This document shows positions 1 through 11,743 of a stretch of DNA of 64,000 nt, in pieces. The translations under genes were made by a program, and so were the position numbers. The stretch covers positions 8,310,001 through 8,374,000 of the forward strand of contig CM075992.1 of the NCBI GenBank assembly GCA_038087875.1, in the 5' to 3' direction. This DNA is from Malacoraja senta (Eukaryota). Numbering within the stretch: the first letter of the stretch is position 1; each line of letters opens with the position of its first letter. The notes beneath the pieces were generated by a model. The model did no database searches, was not told the origin of the DNA, and saw only the letters and a program-made list of their open reading frames with translations.

Positions 1-22
1 TCTCTCTCTCTCTCTCTCTTAC

Positions 23-350
23 CGGGATCGGCTCGCCGGACATCCCGCAGAGACGGCGGCCGGAGCCGGGGACCGATGGCAGGTGCAGGTGGGGCGGCGA
101 GCAGCCGACGAGCCGCCCTGTCGCCGAGGTTCCACCGCCGCCGCCTCGCTCACTGCGCGCGCACGTTCGCTCGCTCGCTCGCTCGCCCGCGCGCGTTCCC
201 GCCCAACCGTCCGCCCCGCGCGCTCCCGCGCTCATCCCCATGGCGACCGGTGACGTCACTGCTCGGGCACGCGCTTGCCTCAACAAACCCCCCCCCCCTG
301 GCGCGGGCACGAGCGCGGGACCCTGGGCTCCCGCACTGGGAGGCGCGCAC
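23..350 (-). promoter_or_regulatory. CpG-island promoter and putative first exon, with a splice donor at 22-21
   Basis: Very GC/CpG-rich. Palindromic CRE TGACGTCA at 251-258 beside an X-box-like GTCGCCATGGGGAT (minus strand), plus GC boxes. The minus strand reads ATGTCCGGCGAGCCGATCCCG|GTAAGA into a (GA)n tract. Gene not recognised. Confidence 0.65.
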
Positions 351-1133
351 CCGTCTTGGTTCTTGGTTTCTTGGTTCTCCAAAATATTCCAAATGGAATT
401 TAAACTGGAATTTAAGCCAGAAAGGGTTTTTGGGAAGAAAGAGCTACCTTAAATTTAGTTGCATCTGGTTGGGTCATAAGGAATGGGAGTAGAATGAGGC
501 CATTCGGCCCATTACGTCCATTCAATCATGGCTGATCTATCTCTCCTTCCTAACCCCATTCTCCTGCCTTCTCCCGGTAACATCTGACACCTGACCCGTC
601 CTCTCACTACATAGAAGTTTGAGCCGTCAGATGTTAACTCAATCATTCTGCTAAACCTCCTCCAGCGCCAAGTACACACCCTTCCTCAGATACGGGCCCC
701 AAAACTGCTCACAAACTCCAAATATGGTCTGAAGAAGGGTTCCCCCCCCCCCCCCCCCAACCACCAAAACATCACCTATCCATGTCCTCCAGAGATGCTA
801 TGGGAAGGGTCTCGACCTGAAATGTCACCCTTTCCTTCTCTCCAGAGATGCTGCCTGTCCTGCTGAATTACTGCAGCATTTTGTGTCTAACCTCCAGAGA
901 TGCAGCCCGACTCACTGAGTTACTCCAACTCTTGTTCTTTTAATAATATAGAATAGTACAACACAGGAACAGGCCCATTCGGCACACAATGTGAAGAGTC
1001 AAGAATGTGTTATAGTTAACAATTAAATTCTTGAAGCAGCACAACAGAATATGTAAACATAGTACTCTGTAAACAATATAGTAAACGAGAAAAATATGAG
1101 GTTGCTGTTCCTCCAATTTGTGTGTGGCCTCAC

Positions 1134-4028
1134 TGGGGTTGCCAACTGTCTCGTATTAGCCGGGACATCCCTTATATCGGCTAAATTGGTTTGTCCGAAA
1201 CAGGACCGCCCTTGTCCCGTATTTGACTGTCATCACCAGAGGGCACACTTACAGACAGATCCTAGATCTGATACAACAGCGTGCATGCGTGTTGCATGTG
1301 CTGTTGACGCCATGCACAAGTGATTCGCCTGTCATGCAACCCTTATGCGCTTCAGTTGTACGTTATAATTTGTCAATTCCTGCTAAAACAAAACGTTTCA
1401 GTTACGTCTGGTGTTGTTTGGTCGCTTTGGCATATGCAAATATGGATAAACCTGCAAAAAAAAGGAAAGACTGTACAGCTATAACAAGCAATGGGAAGCA
1501 AAAATGTCGTGGGTTAAGCCCATCAGCAGTGACTCGGCGAAGGCCTTCTGTACTATGCCGTCGGGAATTTTAAATTGGCCATGGAGGTGAGAATGACCTA
1601 ACTCAGCATGCTTCCACAGAAGTGCACAAGAAGGCCACACTAGCTAAAGGTGCAAGCAATATTGGTGCATTCTTCGTGAAATCCACTGCGGAAAATGACA
1701 AAATCGCAGCAAGTGAAGCCTCGTATGTGTACCATACGGTTAAACACGGACTCAGCTACAACAGCATCGGCTGTCTTGCTAAGCTCAACGGTGCTTTGTT
1801 TAAGGGGCTGTCCCACTTGGGCGACCTAATCCGCGAGTTAAGAAGAGTGTCTTCGACCTTCAAGCTCGAGGGCACTCGCCTGGAAAGTCTCGAGCTGGAT
1901 CGACCGTCCGCGTTGAAACCGCGAGCTGGATCGACTGACCGCACACACAAACACATCGCAAAGGCGGGGGCCAGGGAAAGCGGGGGAGCGCTGTCTGAAA
2001 TTCACACCTGTGATGAAGAGGAAGGTAATACGGCTGCACAGTAACGGTAAGTCCTTTAGAGGGGGGGGGAGAAGGGGAGAGGGGAGAAGGGGAGAGGGGA
2101 GAAGGGGAGAGAAGGGGGGGAGAAGGAGTGGAGACACTTATAAGAAGTATAATAAAGTTTAGTGGGCATTTTACCTACCGGTAGGTTTTCCTTGGGCCTG
2201 AAAACTCCAATGAGCCCATTTAAATGCCCGGTCAGTGAAGGAGATTGCCTACGGCTGCCCTCGACTGCCTGTAATTAAATAACGACCACACTCCACTGCA
2301 CTACGAGTTAAAAAGAACCATGCCGACCAAATTTCACTCGCGGAAACATTTTCAACATGATGACAAATTTTCCGAGACCTAGCTGAGGCCACGAGTATTC
2401 AGGAACTTCCCTCGAGCATGAAGGAGAGTTCCAGCGACCTCATAGGATCTCCTAGGACCATGTGTCGACCACGCTGTGAGTTTCAATGTCGAAGACACTC
2501 TTCAAAACTCGCAGATTAGGTCACCCAAGGGGGATAGCCCCTTTAATGACTCAAATGTTGTGAAGAAAACGCGCTTGGGAAGAACGAAAACTGAGATGAT
2601 TAAAATTAATGTTTTCGGACCAAAGTCTGTGCGGAATATTATGGATGATCTGTCCCTGACCGAAGAAGGTGAGCCCCCGGAAACCGCGTATTTCTCAGTT
2701 GCTACCGATGCCTTTTTTCCAGTGTGCGTGAGATATTTCTCTGTGTCCGATGGAGTGCAGTGTAATTTCCTTCACTTTTATGAAGACAGCGACGAAACTG
2801 CAAATGGCATACATCAAGTGCTGATGAACTGTCTGGAAAAGTATGAACTGGATACTAGACAGGTCACAGCCTATGCAGCAGATAATGCCTATGTAAACAG
2901 TTTACCAGTTATTGAGCAGTGCCAATAATCGCATTCTGAAAGACAATTGCCCAACTCACATTGCTCATAACGCCTGCAAGCAAGCCTGATCAGCTGTCAG
3001 TGGATATTGAGACAATTGTTCTAAAGGTCTACAGTTACTTCTCAATATCTGCTTCCCGAAGAAAGGAACTGCGTTCATTTTTTGCCTTTGTTGACATTGA
3101 GTGGCGTGAAATTCTGCGTCATGTTTGCACACGATGGCTCTCTCTTCATCCAGCTGTCGAACGTCTCCTGCAAAGCTGGCCAGCTCTTACATCATACTTC
3201 AGGTCCCTTGAGACCTGTCCTGTGGCACTGAAGAGGATTTTGAGGATGAAGAAAAAACTGGAGCTACTGACATTTATCTGTGTTTTTTCCACAATGTGGG
3301 GTGTGTTTTTGACCAACTCGTAAAAAATCTGAAACAAAGCTCTGCATCACAGATGTTGACGAGAAAGTCCGAAAGTTCAAAATGAAGATGCTTCAGCGGA
3401 AACAGGACAGCTTTTTTGGATACCAGACTAAGCAGCTGATGGACAAACAAGTGCCAGCACATAGGTCCTAGCAGCAACAGGACTTTGTGAAGTTTTATGA
3501 CTCTGTCATTACATACATTGACAAGTGGTTTGATTTCTCACCAGAAAATGTAATGATGAAACTGAACTGATCGGCCTCTGTGAGGAGCTCTCCTTCACTG
3601 ACCTGAAGCAGGTGGTAGCTGCCCTCAAAATGACAGAGACAGTCAATATGGACCAACTCTATGAAGAGTTTTGTGCTAGCCGGAAGGAAATACAGAAAGC
3701 CAGACAGGATACCACAAAATCCACCAGTGAGAAGTGGGTGGCAGTTTTCCAAAACATAGGGAAAGCCAACTTGATCAACATGTTCAGGATTGTCTCATTT
3801 GTCCTCAGTGTGCCAGGCTCAAATGCCTTTGTAGAGAGGATCTTCTCTCTGATTAAACCATTAAATGGTCAGACTCAAGATACAGATGCAGCACAGAGCT
3901 GATCAAAAATGAACTTCAAATATCTGTGAACTGTGACTTGTCATGTAAGGACCTCACTGGCTGTGCAAAATGACAAAGGACTGCTTGAATCAGTCAAGAG
4001 CAGCAAGAAATATCCATGGAAAAAGTAG
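1134..4028 (+). mobile_element. Decayed hAT-superfamily DNA transposon (transposase pseudogene from about 1442 to 4028)
   Basis: Left end TGGGGTTGCCAAC resembles TAGGGTTGCCA-type hAT termini. Frameshifted ORF pieces carry hAT motifs: zinc-finger-like N-terminus, FSVATDA, YAADNA, CxxH, TRWLS and the C-terminal VPGSNAFVERIFS dimerisation motif. No right TIR found. Confidence 0.9.
1803..2542. mobile_element. PIF/Harbinger-like MITE nested in the hAT transposase
   Basis: Roughly 60-bp TIRs (AGGGGCTGTCCCACTTGGGCGACCTAATC... / ...GATTAGGTCACCCAAGGGGGATAGCCCCT) and TTA TSDs at 1800-1802 and 2543-2545. Removing it restores GCT TTG TTT AAT GAC (ALFND). Confidence 0.9.
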
Positions 4029-4251
4029 ACTTGGTGAGTCCCCCCCCTCTTTTCCTCTTTTGCAGTGAATATATGTGGACTCTATAGGCACATACCATAT
4101 AACCATATAACCATATAACCATATAACCATAACAGCACGGAAACAGGCCATCTCGGCCCTTCAAGTCCGTGCCGAACATTTAAATTTTTTTATTATTTTT
4201 TTATTATTTTTTTATTTTTTATTTTTTAAATTAAAAATAAAATACTTCCCC

Positions 4252-7197
4252 CTAGTCCCATCTACCTGCACTCAGACCATAACCCTCCATTCCTTTCCCG
4301 TCCATATACCCATCCAATCTATTTTTAAAGGATAACATCGAACCTGCCTCCACCACTTCCACTGGAAGCTCATTCCACACAGCTACCACTCTCTGAGTAA
4401 AGAAGTTCCCCCTAATGTTCCCCCTAAACTTCTGTCCCTTAATTCTCAAGTCATGTCCCCTTGTTTGAATCTTCCCTACTCTCAATGGGAAAAGCTTATC
4501 CACGTCCACTCTGTCTAACCCGCTCATAATTTTAAAGACCTCTATCAAGTCCCCTCTTAACCTTCTGCGCTCCAAAGAATAAAGACCTAACTTGTTCAAC
4601 CTTTCTCTGTAACTTAGTTGCTGAAACCCAGGCAACATTCTAGTAAATCTCCTCTGTACTCTCTCTATTTTGTTGACATCCTTCCTATAATTAGGCGACC
4701 AAAATTGTACTCCATACTCCAGAATTGGCCTCACCAATGCCTTGTACAATTTTAACATTACATCCCAACTTCTATATTCAATGCTCTGATTTATAAAGGC
4801 CAGCACACCAAAAGCTTTCTTTACCACCCTATCTACATGAGATTCCACCTTCAGGGAACTATGCACAGTTATTCCTAGATCCCTCTGTTCAACTGCATTC
4901 CTCAATTCGCTACCATTTACCGTGTACGTCCTATTTTGATTTGTCCTGCCGAGATGTAGCACCTCACATTTGTCAGCATTAAACTCCATCTGCCATCTTT
5001 CAGCCCACTCTTCCAAATGGCCTAAATCTCTCTGTAGACTTTGAAAATCTACTTCATTATCCACAACACCACCTATCTTAGTATCATCTGCATACTTACT
5101 AATCCAATTTTCCACACCTTCATCCAGATCATTGATGTACATGACAAACAACAGTGGACCCAACACAGACCCCTGAGGCACCCCACTAGTCACCGGCCTC
5201 CAACCTGACAAACAGCCATCCACCATTACTCTCTGGCATCTCCCATTCAGCCACTGTTGAATCCATCTTGCTACTCCACCATTAATACCCAACAATTGAA
5301 TCTTCTTAACCAACCTTCCATGAGGAACCTTGTCAAAGACCTTACTGAAGTCCATATAGACAACATCCACTGCTTTACCCTCATCAATTTCCCTAGTAAC
5401 CTCTTCGAAAAATTCAAGAAGATTAGTCAAGCATGACCTTCCAGGCACAAATCCATGTTGACTGTTCCTAATCAGACCCTGCTTATCCAGATGCTTATAT
5501 ATATTATCTTTAAGTAACCTTTCCATTAATTTGCCCACCACTGACGTCAAACTAACAGGTCTATAATTGCTAGGTTTACTCTTCGAACCCTTTTTAAACA
5601 ACGGAACAACATGCGCAGTACGCCAATCCTCCGGCACTATTCCCGTTTCTAATGACATTTGAAATATTTCTGTCATAGCCCCTGCTATTTCTACACTAAC
5701 TTCCCTCAATGTCCTAGGGAATATCCTGTCAGGACCTGGAGACTTATCCGTTTTCATATTTTTCAAAAGTGTCCGCACCTCCTCTTCTTTGAATCTCACA
5801 GTTTCCATTGCTACTCTGCTCGTTTCCCTTACCTCACATAATTCCATATCCTTCTCCTTCGTGAATACCGAAGAAAAGAAATTGTTCAATATCTCCCCCA
5901 TCTCTTTTGGCTCTGCAGATAGCTGTCCACTCTGACTCTCTAATGGACCAATTTTATTCCTTGTTATCCTTTTGCTATTAATATAGCTGTAGAAACCCTT
6001 TGGATTTACTTTCACCTTACTTGCCAAAGCAACCTCATATCTTCTTTTAGCTTTTCTAATTTCTTTCTTAATATTCTTTTTACATTCTTTATACTCCTCA
6101 AGCACCTCATTTACTCCATGCTGCCTATAATTATTGTAGATCTCTCTCTTTTTCCGAACCAAGTGTCCAATTTCCCTTGAAAACCATGGCTCTTTCCATT
6201 TTTTACTATTTCCTTTCAACCGAACAGGGACATAAAGATTCTGTACTCTTAAAATTTCACCCTTAAATGTCCTCCATTTTTCTTCTACATCCTTCCCATA
6301 AAACAACATGTCCCAATTCACTCCTTTTAAATCCTTTCGCATCTCCTCAAAGTTAGCCTTTCTCCAAACAAAAATCTCAACCCTAGGTCCAGTTCTGACC
6401 CTCTCCATAATTATATTGAAACTAATGGTATTGTGATCACTGGACCCGAAGTGCTCCCCGACGCATACCTCCGCCACTTGCCCTGTCTCATTTCCTAACA
6501 GGAGGTCCAGCACTGCCCCTTCTCTAGTAGGTACCTCTATGTATTGCTGCAAAAAACTATCTTGCACACATTTTACAAACTCCAAACCATCCAGCCCTTT
6601 TACAGAATGTGTTTCCCAGTCTATGTGTGGAAAATTGAAATCTCCCACAATCACTACCTTGTGCTTACTACTAATATCTGCTATCTCCTTACATATTTGC
6701 TCTTCCAATTCTCGCTCCCCATTTGGCGGTCTATAATACACCCCTATAAGTGTTGCTACACCTTTCCCATTTCTCAGTTCCACCCAAATAGCCTCCCTAG
6801 ACGAGCCCTCTAATCTATCCTGCCAAAGCACTGCTGTAATATCTTCCTTGACAAGCAATGCAACACCCCCACCTCTTGCCCCTCCAATTCTATCACCCCT
6901 GAAGCAACGAAATCCTGGAATATTTATTTGCCAATCACAGCCCTCCTGCAACCATGTTTCACTGATCGCCACAACATCATACTTCCAGGTGTCAATCCAG
7001 GCTCTAAGCTCATCCACCTTTCTTACAATGCTCCTACCATTAAAATATACACATTTAAGAAACCCACCACCACTTATTCTCTGTTTATTATCTTTTTCTT
7101 CTTTCTCCCCTACATTTTGGGTCCGAGTGCTTCCCTTCTCTGCCTCCTGCCTCCCACATTTTCCACTAGCTTTCTCTATTTGAGTCCCTCCCCCCAA
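4252..7197 (-). CDS. CR1 ORF2 (APE endonuclease plus reverse transcriptase), 981 codons uninterrupted
   Basis: APE motifs YFNGRS, ISETWL, GDFN, SDH. RT motifs [30 protein letters not shown]. The ORF-track start codon is TTG, just after the ORF1 stop. Confidence 0.95.
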   Translation of the reverse strand: MGGGTQIEKASGKCGRQEAEKGSTRTQNVGEKEEKDNKQRISGGGFLKCVYFNGRSIVRKVDELRAWIDTWKYDVVAISETWLQEGCDWQINIPGFRCFRGDRIGGARGGGVALLVKEDITAVLWQDRLEGSSREAIWVELRNGKGVATLIGVYYRPPNGERELEEQICKEIADISSKHKVVIVGDFNFPHIDWETHSVKGLDGLEFVKCVQDSFLQQYIEVPTREGAVLDLLLGNETGQVAEVCVGEHFGSSDHNTISFNIIMERVRTGPRVEIFVWRKANFEEMRKDLKGVNWDMLFYGKDVEEKWRTFKGEILRVQNLYVPVRLKGNSKKWKEPWFSREIGHLVRKKREIYNNYRQHGVNEVLEEYKECKKNIKKEIRKAKRRYEVALASKVKVNPKGFYSYINSKRITRNKIGPLESQSGQLSAEPKEMGEILNNFFSSVFTKEKDMELCEVRETSRVAMETVRFKEEEVRTLLKNMKTDKSPGPDRIFPRTLREVSVEIAGAMTEIFQMSLETGIVPEDWRTAHVVPLFKKGSKSKPSNYRPVSLTSVVGKLMERLLKDNIYKHLDKQGLIRNSQHGFVPGRSCLTNLLEFFEEVTREIDEGKAVDVVYMDFSKVFDKVPHGRLVKKIQLLGINGGVARWIQQWLNGRCQRVMVDGCLSGWRPVTSGVPQGSVLGPLLFVMYINDLDEGVENWISKYADDTKIGGVVDNEVDFQSLQRDLGHLEEWAERWQMEFNADKCEVLHLGRTNQNRTYTVNGSELRNAVEQRDLGITVHSSLKVESHVDRVVKKAFGVLAFINQSIEYRSWDVMLKLYKALVRPILEYGVQFWSPNYRKDVNKIERVQRRFTRMLPGFQQLSYRERLNKLGLYSLERRRLRGDLIEVFKIMSGLDRVDVDKLFPLRVGKIQTRGHDLRIKGQKFRGNIRGNFFTQRVVAVWNELPVEVVEAGSMLSFKNRLDGYMDGKGMEGYGLSAGRWD

Positions 7198-7202
7198 CCG
7201 TT

Positions 7203-7391
7203 CTAGTTTAAAGTCTCCCCAGTAGCCTTTGCAAATCTCCCCGCCAGGATATTGGTGCCCCTCGGGTTCAAGTGCAACCCGTCCTTTCTGTACAGGTCAC
7301 TCCTTCCCCAAAAGAAATCCCAATGATCCAGAAATTTGAATCCCTGCTCGCTGCACCAGTTCCTCAGCCACGCATTTATCCTCCACCTCAC
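7203..7391 (-). pseudogene. C-terminal fragment of CR1 ORF1 (SGNH esterase-like)
   Basis: RINAWLRNWC...DGLHLNPRG motif typical of esterase-type CR1 ORF1, immediately upstream of ORF2. Confidence 0.85.
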
Positions 7392-8967
7392 TCCATGAAC
7401 ATTGAGTCCTTGAACATTGCCCAGTCTACAGACTCCAAACAGTCCTGTAGTTGTTCCTCTGCCCCCCCCCCCCCCCCCCCCCCCGACCAGCTCTGCACTG
7501 TCCTCACCTCTGGGGCTGCGCTCTTTAATTGCTGCCTGTAGTCAGGAAGAAGCAGTCGGATTTACCGAAGTAACTCAGTAACTCAGCCTGACCTGCTGAG
7601 TTACTCCTGCTCTTTGCGACTTTCCTTGGTAAACCAGCATCTGCAATTCCTTGTTTCTACTTTTCTTTTTACTTCGATTTACCTGCCTTCCATGGACCAA
7701 TCTATCCATATTTACTTTACTTATCCCTTATAATTATTCTGAACACATCTATCAAATCTCCACCCTCACAATGGGTGTGAATCACCATTAGTTGTTTCAA
7801 CCTTTGGTCTTTCCTTTAAGTACCATCCTGGTAATCCTCTACTACACTTTCTCCTGGGCTGTTGCATTGTTTCTGCTGTTAAAAGCCCAAAATGGCACTA
7901 TATTTTAGATATCTCGGTTTTGTGATAAGCCTTTGACTTTTGTAGTTAAGTCCTCTTGACGTAAATGTAAAATTCTCAGCTGCTTTCTTAATTCCTTTAT
8001 ATTATGCTTGCCCAACCATTGTTAAAAAATAAAAACAAAAGGCTGGAAATATTTAGAAGGTCAGGCAATATCCATGGATGGAGACGCAAGGACAGTAGAT
8101 GCTGGAATCTTGCGTACAACGCAAAGTGTTTGAGTAACTCAGCGGGTCAGGCATCATCTCTGGAGGGCATGGATAGATGATGTTTCAGGGTGGGATCCTT
8201 CTTCAGACTCTATCCACTTGGTCACAGGGAGAAACCCACACACTCCGCACAAGCAGCTGAGGTCAGGATCAGGGTCAAGCCCGGATCTTTGGCACTGTGA
8301 GGTAACAGCTCTACACATTGCACCATTATCAGCCACTGAAGATAGATACAAAATGCTGGAGTAATTCAGCGGGTCAGGCAACATCTCTGGAGAGAGAGAA
8401 TGGGTGATGTTTTCGGGTCGAGACCCTACTTCAGACTGAGAGTCAGGGGAGAGGGAAGCTAGAGCTATGAAAAGGTACAGAACAAATCAGAGCTGGCACT
8501 GATGGCCAAGGAGCCCACAATGGTCCAGTGTTGGCCGTGGACTGATGCCCAGCAGCTGTTTATAATCCCTGTAGTCTATTGCATTCTTCCTGGTGGTTTG
8601 CAGTGATATTTCTTTTTGAATTGGTTCATGAGTTGAAGACAGGAGACTGATCACAATGAACTGCAAAATAACACGATTTACAAGAAGTAAAATTTACAAT
8701 AGTTGATGAATGTTGTGCTCCCAGACAAACCTCCACTGCTTTTATTTCCTGGTGCTGGAGTCCATTTTACATTTATTCATAATAATTGCTATTCCTCATA
8801 TTGCACTGTGGCCGTTGATTGCAAAAATGAAGATCCCTGCAGTTATGCAGTGACGTAAGAAATTCCACCAGGTAAGTAAAGAAATTGAAACCATTGGTCA
8901 AAATCACAGAATACATTGAGCATCTCACTCTCACACTTACAACCGGACTTCCACAATACAGGAAAAA

Positions 8968-9620
8968 CAATTACTGTATCCGCTGTTCCAGGTGCGGACT
9001 CCTGTATATTGGCGAGACCAAGTGCAGGCTCGGCGATGGTTTTGCTGAATACCTCCGCTCAGTCCGCCTAAACCTACCTAAACTCCCAGTTGCTCAACAC
9101 TTTAACTCCCCCTCCCATTCCCACACTGACCTATCTGTCCTGTGCCTCCTCCATTGTCAGAGTGAGGCCCAGCGCAAATTGGAGGAACAACACCTCATAT
9201 TTTGCTTGGGTAGCTTACACTCCAGCAGAATGAACATTGACTTCTCTAACTTTGAGTAGTTCTGGCTTTCCCTCTCTCTCCGTCCCCTCCCCTTCCCAGT
9301 TCTCCCACTAGTCTTATTGTCTCCAACTACATTTTATCTCTGTACCGCCCACTATCCTGACATTCGTCTGAAGAAGAGTCCTAACCTGAAATGTCACCCA
9401 TTCCTTCTCTCCAGAGATGCTGCCTGTCCCGCTGAGTTACTCCAGCATTATGGGTCTATCTACAAGAAGAACAATGATATATTGAAGCGTTTGATGAAGG
9501 GTCTCGACTCAAAACATCACCCATTCCTTCCCTCCAGAGATGATGCCTGTCCCGCTGAGTTACTCCAGCTTTTTGTGTCTATCTTCGGTTTAAACCAGCA
9601 TCTGCAGTTCCTTCCTACAC
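8968..9620 (+). mobile_element. Penelope-like element 3' fragment (GIY-YIG endonuclease plus terminal repeats)
   Basis: YCIRCSRCGLLYIGETK...LPVAQHFNS...RKLEEQHLIF motif, followed by two tandem copies of the CTGAAGAAGGG...GAAA terminal repeat (about 9368 and 9490). Confidence 0.85.
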
Positions 9621-10690
9621 ACTGATATATTGCCACTGACTGATTTCAGATACGCATATTACAAATGAAGCCACCACTTCAACCACGCCATCTGATTTAT
9701 TGCCAATCTATGGCAAATCTGCAAGTGATGGCAGAGAAATTCTGATATAAAATCAGTTAACGTGCTCATATCATCATACTTTAAAAATGTGAGCACTGTT
9801 TATCCCGACGAAAATAAACCTTCAGATAAGACAACAGCTGGCTGCTAATATACGGTTTTTATGAGCTACCTATTTTAACAACAAATTTGTGTCAATATTA
9901 TTTCTCAGGCTCAAACATGACATGAACATTTCCCTAAACATGACTCCCCAAAGCCATCAACTTATATTAATCTGCAAATTTACACAATTCAATATTGGGA
10001 TGAATTGACATTGTACTGACTTCAACTCTCAATTTCCAAACTTTCCACCCAGACCCACCTGTCCATTGGCAATACTACATTTGAACTTATTTGATCAGAT
10101 AATAGTGATAACATCCAATACCAATTCGGATTAATATATCATTTTCACACTGACACAAAGATTGTAACATTGAACTCATAAAAATTCAATGCACGGAGTC
10201 TTTCAGGATAGGGGAATCAAGAACCAGAGGACATAGGTTTAAGGAGAAAAGAGAAAGGTTTAATGGTTCAGTTTAGTTTATTGTCACGTGCACCGGGGTA
10301 CAGTGAATAGCATTTGTTGCATGCTAATCAGTCAGTGGAAAGACAATACATGATTACAATCAAGCTGTCCTCAATCGTAATAGGAATCTGAGGGGCAACT
10401 TTTTCACACGAAGGACGGTGAGTACATGGAACGAGCTGCCGATGGAGGTACTGTAACAGCATTTAAAAGGCATTTGGACAGGTACGCGGGTAGAAGAAAA
10501 GATTTAGAGTGATATAGGCCAAACACAGGCAGGTGGGACTAGTGTTGATGGGGTATCTTGGTCGGCATGGGCAAGTTGGGCCGAAGGGCCTGTTTCAATG
10601 CTGTATGACTGTGACTCTCTTGCAAACTGGACAGCTGGCCAAGGAGGTTTGGAAACATGCAGAAGTCCTGAACTACAAACTTTAGTCTTC

Positions 10691-11286
10691 AGGGCCTGTC
10701 CCACTGCGGCGAACTAATTTGCGAGTTTAGAAGAGTTTGCTCTCGACTCAAACTCGCAGCATGGTTGACATGTGGTCCTAGGAGGTCCTAGGAGGTCACT
10801 GGAACTCTACTTCATGCCCGAGGGAAGTTCCCGCATACTCAGGGCCTCAGTTTGGTCGAGGAAAAATTTTCAGCATGCTGAAAAAATTTCTGCGAGTAAA
10901 GATTGGACGGCATGGTTCTTTTGAACTCGTAGTGCAGTGGAGTGGGGTCATTAGGCAGTCAAGGTAGCCGTAGGCAATCTCCTTTGCTGACCGGGCATTT
11001 TAATTGGCTCATTGGAGTTTTCAGAACCAAGAAAATCCGACCGGTAATGTTAAATGCCCGCTAAACTTTATTATAAGTTGTATGGCTTCTTAAAAGTGTC
11101 TCCACTCCTTCTCCCCCCTTCTCTCCTCTTCTCTCTCTCTCCCCCTCCCCGCACTCTCTAAAGGACTTACCGTAACTGTGCCAGCCGTCTTTTACCTTCC
11201 TGTTCATCGCGGGTGTGAATTTCAGACAGCGCTCCCCCGCTTTCCCTGGCCCCCGCCTTTGCTATATATATATATATATATATCTA

Positions 11287-11385
<99 letters not shown>

Positions 11386-11556
11386 GTGCGTGCGTGTGCG
11401 TGTGTGCGTGCGTGTGTGTGCGCGCGCGCAGACGGTCGATTCAGCTCGTGGTTTCATCACTGACGGTCAATCCAGCTCGAAGTTTTTCAGGCGAGTGCCC
11501 TCGAGCTTGAAGGTCGAAGACAGTTGCTGAAAAGTCGCGTTAGTGGGACAGGCCCT
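10691..11556. mobile_element. Harbinger-like MITE related to 1803-2542, opposite orientation, containing a (TG)n microsatellite
   Basis: Termini AGGGCCTGTCCCACT / AGTGGGACAGGCCCT. The internal sequence is the reverse complement of 1803-2542. (TG)n at about 11291-11382. Confidence 0.85.
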
Positions 11557-11743
11557 TTATGCAGATACCTTGTCCACAACCCAACCTGATTGATGTTTGG
11601 AGATCCAACTCTGATAGAACAAGATCGACACAAAATGCTGAAGTAACTCAGCGGGACAGGCAGTATATCTGGAGAGAAGGAATTGGTGACGTTTCGGGTC
11701 AAGACACTTCTTCAGTCTCGACCCGAAACGTCACCCATTCCTT

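Larger units (their letters stand above)
4095..7395 (-). mobile_element. CR1-clade LINE (HER1-like), 5'-truncated within ORF1
   Basis: Contains the 3' end of ORF1, a complete ORF2 and a 3' UTR ending in (TATGGTTA)n tandem repeats at about 4095-4132. Confidence 0.95.

Noticed and set aside
76..492. 138-aa plus-strand ORF and overlapping ORFs in the CpG island
   Set aside because: Low-complexity R/A/P-rich translations expected from GC-rich DNA; no recognisable domain.
8820..8877. Plus-strand consensus donor CAG|GTAAGT at 8872
   Set aside because: No convincing acceptor or coding frame; a single donor-like motif is expected by chance.
11178..11530. Cys/Val-repeat ORFs
   Set aside because: Translation of a (TG)n microsatellite.
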